From Azolla caroliniana (lineage: Eukaryota; Plantae; Polypodiophyta), in NCBI GenBank assembly GCA_043228905.1, contig JBHGNT010000020.1, positions 13,268,001 through 13,332,000 on the forward strand: a stretch of 64,000 nt of DNA. Reading direction: 5' to 3'. Below the pieces are notes generated by a model. The model searched no databases and was not told where the DNA came from. It saw only the letters and a program-made list of their open reading frames with translations. Of the stretch, positions 1 to 11,247 are shown in pieces; within the stretch, counting starts at the first letter, position 1; every line of letters begins with the position of its first letter. Position numbers and translations under genes: made by a program.

Positions 1-1889
1 ATCTTGACTCGCACATTCGGACAGGCCCCGTGCAGTTCCTCGGTGGCGCGCGTTGCTGCCCTTATTTTCCACCCGTGCTTGGTGTTGATCGGCCATTTGC
101 CCTTCTTATAGAAGTCCATGGACATCAAATTGATCTCCGATCCGTGGTCTACCAAAGCTATCACCGGTTCCTGGACATCGCCGATCTTCACCGGGGTTTC
201 CGTGGTCGCTCGGGCCCAGTGCGGTCTCGAATAGTGGCTTTCCGCCCACTCGTCTCCCAGCGCCATGTCGTCTAGGTGCGTCGTCCGTACTTCCACCGGT
301 CTTTCCGGTTCTGTCTCCGTTGACAGCCTCTTCCGTTTCACCAAGTCCACGATGGAGTCGTGGAACTCCTTCTTGGCGATTCCCAGCTCCTCCCGTAGCG
401 ACAGCTCCACCTTGCTGTCGAGGATCCGTTCCTCCAGGACCTTTCGTAAGTCCGTGGTTCTTTCTATCTCCGTCCCCAGACGGTACCCGCCCTTCTGGGG
501 TTTATCTTGCGTACCGGCCCCGCCGGCTTCGTCCCGTCGTGGCCCGGACCGGGTCTCGTATCGTTGTGAGGGCCCGGTCGTCCCGGGTTTCCCCACCCGC
601 TTCTCTTCTACTAGAGCCTCGTAGTTCCGGCAAGCGGCTTCCACGAAGCCCGTCTTTTCCTCGACCGGGTCGCTCCACCCGGTCATCTCCCGTACCCGTT
701 TCTCCGCACGGTCCGATTCCTCCCTCTTCATCCTCGTATCGGCAAGGCCTTCCAGCACCGTCGGCCAGAATCCGGCTTTGCTTCCTCTTCGGGCCTCGTT
801 GCCCCCGACTCGAATACCGGCCGACGCCGAGTAGTGGACGGTTTCCGCATGTCGGGCCGCCGCCTCTTCCATCAACCTCTTCATTCCGCCTCGCCCGTCG
901 TTTCGGTTTAGGGCCCTTCTCGTGTCGTTGGCGTGAACCCGGCCTTCCCATAGGTATACCACCCGGTTCTTCAGCGCCTCTGCGAAATCGCCGCAGTCTT
1001 TTCGGATGTGGCCGACCCCGTCGCACCACATGCACCTGTTCCCCGCCGCCGGCCGTCGGTCACGAGCAGGTCCTCCGCCTTCTCTGCGGGCTTGTGCGAT
1101 TTGGAGGTCTTTTATCGCCCTCGTCAGTTCCTCCAACGCAGCTCCTCCAGTCGTGCCTCTGATCACGCCGGTCGGAGCTGAACCGGATTCCAGCCACTCC
1201 CGAGTCTCTTCCCTTCGCACCGGCTGCGCCGGCTCGAGTATCCTCGCCGCGACTGAGCCCGACCCGGTTGCTCTGTCATCCTCCCATTCTCGCCGTTTGT
1301 CGAAACGGCCGCAGGCTCTCTTGACCGCCGCCCAGTCGGCTGTCAGCCCGTCTTCGGTTTCTAGCAGGGCGCCCACGTGACTCCGATCCCTCTCGTCAAC
1401 CGATTTGACGAACAGCAGGACCCGGCTTGTATCCAGGACCATCCTGTCAAGCGCCGAAAGGCGCGCGAAGTTCTCCTCGAACTCCCGGAGGAGTGCCGAC
1501 GCATTCCTTCCTTTCCCGGGAGACTCCACCCACTCCATGAAGCTTCGCTTCGAAAGCCGGAGCGCGTCGTCCAGTCCGTATTTTTCCAGGAGCCGACCTT
1601 CGAACTCCTCCCAGGTACGGCTCTCCGCCCGCACCTCGAGCACCTCCGCGTGGATGCTCGGCATCGCCACTCGGGGAAAACCGGCAAGACGCCTGTCTTC
1701 CGGAATGTCCCGCATTAACATTTCCGCACCGTAGGACGCCAGGTACTTCGTGGCATCTTTTCCGGTGAATCGACCGATCGTTCCGACGACCGCCTCAATA
1801 GCTCTATCGAGGGCGCCGGTGCCCTCGCGCGCGCTTACTATCCGATCCACGGCCGAAGCCATGGCCTCTGCAAGATCCGCCCCCTTCAT
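1..1889 (-). CDS. Gypsy gag-protease(-pol) polyprotein, 3'-partial
   Basis: Begins MKGADLAEAMASAVDRIV. The zinc knuckle (~995-1036) and DHGSE protease motif (~130-158) are in frame with ATG 1889. Probably absent from the ORF track because the frame runs off the window edge. Confidence 0.85.
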   Translation of the reverse strand, partial: MKGADLAEAMASAVDRIVSAREGTGALDRAIEAVVGTIGRFTGKDATKYLASYGAEMLMRDIPEDRRLAGFPRVAMPSIHAEVLEVRAESRTWEEFEGRLLEKYGLDDALRLSKRSFMEWVESPGKGRNASALLREFEENFARLSALDRMVLDTSRVLLFVKSVDERDRSHVGALLETEDGLTADWAAVKRACGRFDKRREWEDDRATGSGSVAARILEPAQPVRREETREWLESGSAPTGVIRGTTGGAALEELTRAIKDLQIAQARREGGGPARDRRPAAGNRCMWCDGVGHIRKDCGDFAEALKNRVVYLWEGRVHANDTRRALNRNDGRGGMKRLMEEAAARHAETVHYSASAGIRVGGNEARRGSKAGFWPTVLEGLADTRMKREESDRAEKRVREMTGWSDPVEEKTGFVEAACRNYEALVEEKRVGKPGTTGPSQRYETRSGPRRDEAGGAGTQDKPQKGGYRLGTEIERTTDLRKVLEERILDSKVELSLREELGIAKKEFHDSIVDLVKRKRLSTETEPERPVEVRTTHLDDMALGDEWAESHYSRPHWARATTETPVKIGDVQEPVIALVDHGSEINLMSMDFYKKGKWPINTKHGWKIRAATRATEELHGACPNVRVK

Positions 1890-1911
1890 TTCCTACTCTT
1901 CTGCCGCCTCT

Positions 1912-1929
1912 TTCACGTCGGGTTCACCA
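1912..1929 (-). promoter_or_regulatory. Primer binding site complementary to the tRNA-Trp 3' end
   Basis: Minus strand TGGTGAACCCGACGTGAA lies 3 nt from the LTR end. The plus strand TTCACGTCGGGTTCACCA matches the 3' end of plant cytosolic tRNA-Trp as I recall it. Confidence 0.8.
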
Positions 1930-1932
1930 AGA

Positions 1933-2627
1933 TGTGGGGTTTGCTACGCCCTTGCGTGCAGAAAGGAGGAGGGACCACGGGGGTCTTGGACCGAAGAGCA
2001 AGAGAGAGAGGAGTAAGAGAGAGAGACCCGATTACACAGAACCGAAGATTGCATAGGGACACGGCCCAACAAACAGAGATCACAAATAAACGCCGACGCA
2101 GATGGACGCAACAACGAAAGATATGTACTTATGAATGCAAGAAAATAACAGACTAAAGTATTACAACCCACGGTGGGGCACGAAATAGATACTAACGAAA
2201 ACGAACAGGGCGGCGAACAGATGCCGACCCCTGTATGTCGCGACGCACAGAAAGGGAAAACAGGTCGGAGGTGCTGCAGGACGCGCTCGGGGCGTTCCAC
2301 GGAACAGCGCAAGCCTCCTCGAAACCTGCACAGGTACGCGATGGAGCAGAAGACAGAGAAGGCAGGAGTGAGAGAGAAGCTCCGAAATCGGTTCGGCAGC
2401 ACTTCGTCCTCTCCGCGCGAGATACCCCACTTCTAGTCTTCCTCCTCCTTTTATAGCCCGTCAAGAGGCCGTTTGGCATTAACTGCATACCAACCGAATC
2501 TACCCACCTAGGATCCTCGTATGTACCTACTTCGACCTTAGGTACTTCTTGGCGCGCGTGTGTGTGTAGAGCCGTTTCCCACGCCTTGTTCCTCCGATTC
2601 CTCTTGTGGGCGGTTTTCTTCACGACA
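1933..2627 (-). repeat. 5' LTR of the Gypsy element (outer end 2627; alternative 2650)
   Basis: TGT..ACA termini, minus-strand TATAAAA at ~2449-2455, and an adjacent PBS. 2627 is preferred because the LINE motif WYVWKARC continues up to that point. Confidence 0.65.
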
Positions 2628-3745
2628 ACGTGCTTTCCATACATACCACAGGGTGAAGCTTGCGATTAGCATCCAAATTTCCGGGAACCTAGGGGATGCG
2701 GATTGCAAGCCTCTCTCAAAATGAATCTTGCCGATTTTGCCTCTCATGCATACGTAGCACCAACTATCTGCATTGAAGGCGTCTGTCCACCTATCAACGG
2801 AGTGATCAATCCATGTCGTAGCACTCCACGATGTTGTTCCTTCCACTTCACATGTCTCAAGGAGGCGAGTCACTCTATCCCATATCTTTTGAGCTTGAGG
2901 GCAATCCCACAGATAGTGCCTCAGAGTCTCAATAGGTGAATGGTAAAGTGGGCAGCCTAACCGGCCGCCACGTTTATCTAGCCATTCGCCAACAGGAAAC
3001 ACATTATGACCGATTTGCCACCAAAAAAACTTTATCTTTTCCGGCATGTGGAGACACCAGAGACCCTTCCAAAAGGTAATGAGCACCTCATCAGGGATGC
3101 CCAATGTACACAAACCATTGCGTAAGGGGCCATCTAGTTGCAGTTGAAAAGTCCGGTCCAGTTTAGTGTTGTACTCAAAGAAATGGCGAAATTTGTCATC
3201 ATGTTTCCACCTGAAATCCCCTAGGTCCCATTCTAATTCGACAAGGGGACGACAACCATATACCCATAACTTCCAATGGGGTTCCACCTTAGCAACATCC
3301 GCGTCTGTCTTCCAGATGTTATCAACCTACGCCACCATGCGGATTGGGTGCCAAGAGCCCCTACTCTGACTCTCCCCAAAAATTGTATGTCTTCCTGATC
3401 CTCTCACGCCCTTCAACAACTTAACCATTCCAGCCTAATCAAAGAGCTCGAACCAAGCATCTTCTCTCACCTCCCCCATTGGAACCCTATCAACTGCCTC
3501 AACTATCAATCTCTGCATTTTCATGGCTCCCTTGAGGGGAGGGAATGGGACCTCCTGGGCTCCTCCTAAAGCCACCGCGCATCTCCAATCATCTATAGAG
3601 TGGAGCCCTGTTTGCGCCAGCTTTCCCCGTGCTAGGCCCTTAAGCTGCTCTAACATCATGTCGTCACCTGTTTGCACCTGAGGGTTCCAGAATAATGGTT
3701 GTCTAGACCACTTGATGAGTGTCTCCGACGTGTGCTTGACCAAGT
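2628..3745 (-). mobile_element. Degenerate L1-type LINE ORF2 3' fragment (zf-RVT region), 5'-truncated and interrupted by the Gypsy
   Basis: ORFs 2538-3287 and 3435-3803 carry the zf-RVT motif FWKGLW..PEKIKFFWWQIGHN..CP..ETLRHYLWDC..AQKIW and LWYVWKARC. Confidence 0.8.
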
Positions 3746-3982
3746 AGGGATCAACTATTGATTGAATTAGCACGAGCACGGTGTGAAGAAGAACGTAATG
3801 CAAACAACACTTAAGTATGTGTTTCTATATTGATTGGTCGAGTTAAATCCCTTTGTTTTTTTCTATTCCATTAGAAAGCTTTTTCCAAGACCTCACATAT
3901 ATAGTGTGGTAAAACGTATGTGCAAATATGCTAGTTCTTGCATGAATGTGTTTATGTGCATTTAGATTAATGAGAAAACAAA

Positions 3983-4255
3983 TAATGAAAAAGTAAGGAA
4001 ATAGTTCTAGTTAACTAAGGGCTTCATATTGATATTAACCACAATTAGCATAACGATAATGAAAAAGTAAGTGAAGACTTTTAGTTAACTAAGGGCTTCA
4101 TATTAACCATAATTAGCATAATGATAATGCAAAAGTAAGCAAATACTTCTAGTTAACTAGAGGCTTCATATTAACTACAATTATAATGAAAAAGTAAGCA
4201 AATACGTCTAGTTAACTAAGGGCTTCATGTTAACCACAATTAGCATAATGATAAT
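3983..4255. repeat. AT-rich tandem minisatellite, ~60-70 bp unit, 4 copies
   Basis: Repeated TAGTTAACTAAGGGCTTCATATTAACCACAATTAGCATAATGATAATGAAAAAGTAAG. Confidence 0.85.
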
Positions 4256-5049
4256 TTTATAAAACACGTTAACTATTCTCTTGTAGTAGAGGTCTTGGCC
4301 CTTGGGTTAAAAGGTAAAAACTTGTGTCATATAGTGTATCTTCATTATTTATTGGTATGTTAACACGAAATTTCTCATGTTGTATGTTGTGTATCTTTTG
4401 CAAATTTTAAAGTGATCACATGTTTGGAAATACATATATACTCATCGTTCCTTTAGCTTGTCTATATTCAACATTGGTGATACGTCGACTTACCTTTTCC
4501 TTCAGCTAAAGTGGATCACTTATCTTATTCCAAGTCACGCCATTTGGTGCATGAGTAATCTCATTAGTGAATGTTGCGCACCAGAAAGGGTGGGCTAGCT
4601 TTTATTTCCGCAACTAACCAAGACATTCACTTCAATGAGAAGTACAATGATGAGGCAAAAGTATAATGTACAAGTGTAGCAGGTCATGCCTAGAGACATG
4701 TGAACATCGATGAATCATCAACAAGGCGAGAGTAGTGATGCAAGGGCCCATATGGCGGCAAGATAGATACATCTAGCTACCCACGGCTGTTTTTTATAAC
4801 AATGAGTAGAAGTGAATTGGGATTTAGGTTCATCATGGAAAGTTAACATCCTTTTGTATCATGTATGCATGTGTGTGGCGAGGGGTGGTGATGTAGGAGG
4901 CCATGTAAGTGATTTGACACACATACATCTACAAATAGCTTTGCAAGGAAAGGTGAGTTGTTGGCCGAAAAATAATATTAACATTGTGTTTTGTCTCGTC
5001 TTGTGTGTAGCTTGTGCAAGACATTTGCGTGGCGGTGGATATCGTGTTA

Positions 5050-5309
5050 TGTACACAACACACACACACATATACCATAAATACACAAAAATACATAGAT
5101 ACATAGATACATGGATACATAGATACATGGATACATAGATACATAAATAGAGACATACATACATACATACATACATATAGACACACATGCTTGATGCATA
5201 TAGACATACATAAACAAATAGATACTTAGATACATACATACATGATACACAGACAGACAGACAGGCAGACGCGCGCGCGCACGCACACACACGCACGCAT
5301 GCACATACA

Positions 5310-5341
<32 letters not shown>

Positions 5342-5397
5342 GACACACATACTTGATGCATATAGGCATACATAAACACATGGATACATAGATACAT
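5050..5397. repeat. Compound microsatellite (ATAC/ATAG/AC/GC)
   Basis: Seen directly; it explains the spurious ORFs at 4859-5397. Confidence 0.9.
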
Positions 5398-5589
5398 GCT
5401 TTAAAGAATGATGCGGAAAATTAGAGACACTGTGAAATAATTTAGGGACCTAAAAAAGCTTCAGTTTTTTATTATTTCGTTTTCGTCTTTCCTATTTAAT
5501 TAATTATTTTAATAAGACAAGAAGGCAAAAAAAGAAAAAAGAAAAACGAAACGAAAAAGCAGATAAATAAGAAAAAGAAGAAATCGCGT

Positions 5590-5960
5590 GGGAACGTGGC
5601 CGCCACGCTTGCCAATCAAATAGCGGAGAAGCGGCGTGGCGTGGAGTCTCTCATCCTCACGCCGCCACGTGGTGGTCGTCACCTCCCACGTGTCGATCTC
5701 CCATTGGAGCACAGACCGGTCGAGGCCCCACGTGGCACCTTCCGATTCGCCCCCACCGCAGGCGGCTCTATCACGAGAGGAAAGCATTTTCCCTGCAGCG
5801 CGCTGACGTGTGCGGCGCTGGTTCGCATTCTCTGAAAAGGAGGCGGGAATTTGGAAGGATGACGTGGCGGCCGATGATTGGCGGCCCCGCGCGGGCTTTC
5901 TATCCCCCTGCTGATGACGTGGACAGGAGGCGTAACATTATATATACATATATAAGTGGC
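5590..5960 (+). promoter_or_regulatory. GC-rich promoter-like island with G-boxes, CCAAT and TATA
   Basis: CACGTG at 5666, 5687 and 5729; three TGACGT; CCAAT at 5612; TATATAAG at ~5950 followed by a CT-rich tract. Confidence 0.4.
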
Positions 5961-5997
5961 CACGCTGCACTTTCTCTCTCCTCTCTCTTCTTCTTGA

Positions 5998-7070
5998 TCC
6001 GCCATCGCCACACTCAGACAAAGCTTCCCTCAGAAGCTTCCCCGATCGCCATCGCCACACTCAGACAAAAGCTTCTCTCAGAAGCTTCCCCGATCGCCAT
6101 CGCCACTCTCAGCCAAAAGCTTCTTGCAGAAGCTTCCCCCCCCTCATCGTCTCCATTCCTCTCAGAAGAAGCTTTACCATCAATTCTCATCCGCCGCGAT
6201 CTGACGAATCTTCTGCCAGGAAGCTTCTTGTAAGGTCCATCTCCATCTCCATCGGCCGCAATCCTCCCTCTCCGAAGCTTTCCTTTTCCATCGCCACAGC
6301 ACCGAAGAAACTTCTCTCCTGCGCGTTGCATAATCTCTCTCCATCGCCACCGGAAAGGAAAGGAGAAGGTTTCTCTCAGAAGCTTTTCCATCATTCCTAC
6401 CCCTCCACAATCAAAATCCTTATAGCAGAAGCTTTGCGTAATTCCCATTGCCACAAGAAGAAGCTCCCCCCTCAGAAGCTTTTCCCAATGTTTCCATCGC
6501 CACAGACAGAAGAGAATTTCCTCCAAGTTTTTGTTTCCTTGCACAAAGAAAACTTCATTCAAAAGCTTTGCTGCCGTCTCCTCCTTATTCACTGAGTCGA
6601 GGGAGCTTACCCCAAAAGCTTTCGTTTTCCTTTCATCGCCAGAACATCAGCAAGTTTCCCTGCCATTGCCACAACGTCGGAAGCTTCGTCATATCCAAAA
6701 CCGAAGAACATTATTTTCTAAGAAACTATTTTGCACCGGTGTCGCAGAAACTTGCCAAAGCATTTCCGGCATCGGAACTACAAAGCTTTCCTGCAGTCGA
6801 CACAGCAGACATGATTTGTTAGAAGCTTTCTTGCATTTTCACCGCCTCGACAGAAGCTTTCTTGCCATCTTGTCCATGTTCAAAATCTTTTGTTTAACGG
6901 AGCTTCTCAAAACACAATCTTTCTTTATCGCAGCTTCCGAAAGGGAAGCTTTCCTTCATGGCAGCTTCCAAATAGAAGCTAACTTCTCGGTTCTGTCAAT
7001 GCCAAAGCAGCCTTTTCTAAAATTATTTTTGCGGCCATTGCTTGTACACAGCAGAAACTTCGCTCAGAAG
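5998..7070. repeat. Degenerating tandem array built on AGAAGCTT / CATCGCCAC motifs (~47 bp unit at the 5' end)
   Basis: Three near-identical units at 5998-6140, then progressively diverged copies with more than 15 AAGCTT sites. Confidence 0.7.
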
Positions 7071-7356
7071 TAGTTTTCCCCCTTTATCACAATATACACA
7101 TTCGTTGCTATTGAAACTGCATATCCGCCGACGCTACCAGATGGTGGCTATTTAATTGGTCATCGGAAGCCATTGTCAAAGAAAGTTTTTCTTGCTCCAT
7201 AGATTCCATATAAGCCACGGAAGTCTTCCTCTTATTTCAAGGCTAACCAACTCGCTACCTCTAATCCAGCTCAAACACCACAGCCAGTACAAAAGATTTT
7301 TTCACCAGAATAGTAAATAGACGGGAGACGTCTCTCTCTCTCTCTCTCTCTTAGTC

Positions 7357-7864
7357 ATGGCTTTCCCTAACTCTAAACCTGATGCAAATCCTGCTGCATA
7401 CGTTCACATGGTGAAGCACCTGATCTAATATTCGTTTCTTCCTTTCTCTCTATCATTTCTTTCGTAACAAGGCGTTAATTCTTTTTCCCTAAATCATTTG
7501 TGCAGGTTCATAATCTCATCGAGCAGTGCCTTGTTCTTTTCATGAATCGAGAAGAGTGCATGGCTGCCCTAGCGGAACATGCTCATGTCAAACCTCTCAT
7601 CACGTCCACAGGCAAGCCTCCATTTCAATAGACTTTGTTTATTTCTTGCAGCTATATCGTATCTTTCTGTTTGGTGTATGTGTGGCGCATGAACATTGAA
7701 ACTATATGTTTTCTTCTACAGTCTGGGACGAGCTCGAGAAGACTAACAGAGCTTTTTTTGTTGACTACAATGATCGAATTCGAGGCCGTCCGCAGCATTC
7801 AAAAGGCAGACTGCAGTCTCTCAAATTGTCTCGCAGTGATGAGAACGCAGAGAATCGTCAGTGA
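7357..7864 (+). CDS. A_thal_3526 / TIGR01589 plant-specific domain protein, 100 aa; exons 7357-7410, 7506-7611, 7722-7864
   Basis: Spliced product MAFPNSKPDANPAAYVHM|VHNLIEQCLVLFMNREECMAALAEHAHVKPLITST|VWDELEKTNRAFF.. fits the family consensus (YIHMVQHLIEKCL..M..EECM.AL..HA.I.P.ITSTVW.ELEKEN.EFF). Introns are GT-AG and GC-AG and the phases are consistent. Confidence 0.9.
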
Positions 7865-10800
7865 TGCAGTTTAAGTCCAAAGTTCAAATCCGTTCAGAAG
7901 TTTTTAGTAGCGATCACATTGAAGAATGAAAGATTGGATACATAAATCTGTCAGCTCTTTGCCTCTCTATTTGGCATTGTGTACTTCTGATTGGAAAGTC
8001 CCTAAATAAATAAATAAATATATATACAGATGAAAAATAAACAAGTTTCAATATGGCTTGTTGCCGTCATATGAATAATTTTTTGTGTTTCTCACCTTAC
8101 AAAATTGAGATAGATGATATTCCTAATACAGTGTAGCATCTTAAGATTTGTGGTTTATAAGCTCTTTATTAGGATATGGACACATTTCACACTGTAATCA
8201 TGAAGATTGCATGTGGATTGATCATGTGCAAGTTTGAGAGCTTGACCCTGATCAATTGTACTCATATGGACATTGATGGAGAAGGGGAGGTTGTTCAGAC
8301 AAAATTCAAATGTTGTTGCCCCTGTCAAGTGTATTTTCAAGTTTTCTTCTTAATGCTGTCTTACTTCTGATGGAAATTAAAGTTAGGGTATAACATCATT
8401 ATATTTTTGGTTTGAGCTTCTTCTAAAGTTTATGAAAACTCATGACATTCTGCATCGGTTGCACATAAGTTGTTGATCTCTTGCTGAACTTGAACTAGAT
8501 TCTAAACACTAGAAGCACCATTATTTTCAGAATGTTGCGCACTTAATTCGCAACACATGCATCCTGATATATCATACATCTAGGAATAAGAAATTCACAT
8601 GCCTTTGAACGACGGACAAATTAGACATGATTAGTGCAAAAAACGAAAGGTTAAATAAATTAATTTGCAGAACTCGTTTGTTGTAGGGAGAAATTAGAGC
8701 ATACAAAAGCCAGGTTAGAGGTATACCATATATGGCGTTAAACTCTTTTGGTTAAGGCTACTTCCCGTTACTTCGAAGAAGTAACTCCTCTATAAAGTCT
8801 ACCCATGACATTTGGTCTCCTTTTTTAATACATAGTTTATGACTGGACAAACCCCCGCGAATACCTTGTCTGAGGGATGGGTATAAACAAATTCAGTTCA
8901 GTCCTACCTCTTTTCTCTGTCGAGATTATCTTCTTTGTCTGTTTCATTTTGTAAGCAACAGCAATAAATATAATTGATGAATGGTCCATGACATTTTGGC
9001 CTCCTTTTTATTAATAATTTTGTATTTCCGACAGAAGGTGTGAAAACACATCAGAAATGAGGGTAAAGGCATTTATTTATTTCGTTTAAATGTACCGATT
9101 TATTAAAGGCAACGCCTTTGTTATTTCGCTTGAAAGTCACTTCATCATATATCGGGATGAGCACAAACTTAATTAGATAGTTCTACGTCAAAGAGAATAA
9201 TCACACCGCTTGTTAGTTTATGGCGTGACTGAACATATTGATCCATATACATATCACAGATATGAAGGATGTGGGTTCGCAATCTGTTGGTGCAAAAATG
9301 GAAGAAGATAGATGGCAAGGGCCTAAGAAAGAAACATCTTGTAATGCAAAATCTGGTCTTTTTCTATTGTTTAGCGTGTAGGGCTTTTTTACAGTTTATA
9401 AGGTAAAGAAGTGGAAAAATGATAACAAAGTAATGTGGTCAGACGCCTTGGTGTCTAGCTTAAAACCCAAGCAAATGAGTGGTCATCTTGAGTTTGATTC
9501 TGAATTGGTACATTCTCCTCTCTTGTCCGCATAAATAAGACATTGGTTTATCTAAACAAACCACATTTTCTTCGTCTCCATATATATATATATATATATA
9601 TTATATGTATATATATATATATCATGTTTATATTATAGCGATAATGAATTTATTGTCGATTTAATGCGAATAAGAAAGGTGCACTTTCTTCATGAAAGTG
9701 CTGAAAGGTTTATTATGCCACATTTAGGAGCCCTTGGCCAACGTTAACCATTCAACATATAAGATAAGAATCCTTTTACATTCAAGATATAAGGTTTTAA
9801 GAATAAGGCTAACCATTGAAGGTTTTTTTTAAGGAAAAGGCTAGTTTTTTTGACAAAGACATGGTTGTTCATGCCTTTATTGTTCACCTCCTTAGATTAG
9901 GTCCTCTTTATGCATTCAATTTAATGACCACTACGTGGATTTCCACTTGTAAAGCTACAATGCAATCACTAAAGCTGCTTGTGGACGGAGATTTCCATTC
10001 AATGCCATTGTAGGCTTTATCAAAGCCAAATTTGAAGCAAATGATTTTATGCTAGCCTTTTCAACATATGTATTACCTGCCTTAAAGCAATGATGCATCA
10101 TAATCAACATTTGATCGACGAATCCTTTTTGTTCATGGAGGACCCATCTATGTATGTATATTATCATAGGATTTTTCGACAATTCTTAGCAATGCTTCAT
10201 GGTAACTGTGTTTATTAAATCAATTTGTAAATAGTTATAATGTACACGTACCTTTGTTGGCCAAGGAAGAGTGCCATGACAAAGTGAATCAATCCCAATG
10301 ATTGAGGAGATGAAGGGAAATGTTGTTTAGAAAGATGTTGAAACACTAACGAAATAGCCAATGTCAACCATGAGTTTTTTGCTTTGGGGAGGATACACTT
10401 GCATGTACTTTAGATGTTTGTTAATTGAGTTTTGTTTTCCTTGATTTAGAGGTAACTTGTTCATGAGTTAAACATTAGGAGTATTTCTAGTGGAATTATT
10501 GGAGTACATTTGAACCCCTTCAAGATTGCCTTCTTGTAATGGAATTGTTCTTGGTTTGTAGATTTGAGGAAAACTTTCAAAATGATTGATTTTCTTGTAG
10601 TAGTAAAAATTATGATATTTAAATGCCACTTATATGCATTCTCTATGCATCATTTTATTTTCATGAATTTGCTAATACTTAAAAAAATAAGCTTTTTGAA
10701 GATATTCTTGATTTGCTATTGCTAATTAACACAGTAGGTAGGTAGACTCTAGAATCGTCTCCCAAAATGAAATGATGGTTCTCTATCCACATATTACGAT

Positions 10801-11093
10801 ATTTATGTTAGAGTGCCCTCTTAGTGCAATATGGGCGTCTCTTGTCAAACTTTGCCCATTTTATTATTACGCCATTTGTAGCATTGTACATATCATAATA
10901 TATCTTCAACATAGTTTTTTGGTTTTTCTTGTTTCTTGGTTCATGACACTCGATAATCATGCATGAGGATGTTACACAAAGTTCTTGATGTGACCACCTC
11001 TTTCTTGCCTAATGCACGTGGAATAGTTAGGCAAGGCCGGTGACAATCATACACATACTCCATCCATGTGGTCTCACACCCGTAGACTAGGCA

Positions 11094-11247
11094 TGGATCA
11101 TTTTTTGTAGCTTCATCTTTAAGAAATCTTGAAGCTTGAATATTAATATTGCTATTTGATATTCAAATAATGGATCATTTTTTGTAGCTTCATCTTTAAG
11201 AAATCTTAAAGCTTGAATATTAATATTACTATTTGATATTCAAATAA
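11094..11247. repeat. Tandem duplication, ~76 bp x2
   Basis: ATGGATCATTTTTTGTAGCTTCATCTTTAAGAAATCTT..TTTGATATTCAAATA occurs twice with few mismatches. Confidence 0.9.

Larger units (their letters stand above)
1..2627 (-). mobile_element. Ty3/Gypsy LTR retrotransposon, 5' part (5' LTR, tRNA-Trp PBS, gag-protease); runs off the left edge of the window
   Basis: Minus-strand ORF from ATG 1889 has a CCHC knuckle (CMWCDGVGHIRKDC) and an aspartic protease motif (ALVDHGSEINLM) in the same frame. PBS at 1912-1929; TG..CA-bounded LTR at ~1933-2627. Confidence 0.85.

Noticed and set aside
30-1734. Many overlapping + strand ORFs
   Set aside because: Antisense shadows of the GC-rich Gypsy gag; no domain motifs.
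4812-5397. Cys/Val/Tyr/Met-rich ORFs
   Set aside because: Translations of microsatellites.
5905-5940. CTGATGA as another hammerhead core
   Set aside because: No stem II followed by GAAA and no closing stems.
9430-9515. tRNA/SINE-head-like stretch (GAGTTTGATTC)
   Set aside because: No cloverleaf or convincing A-box; too degenerate to call.
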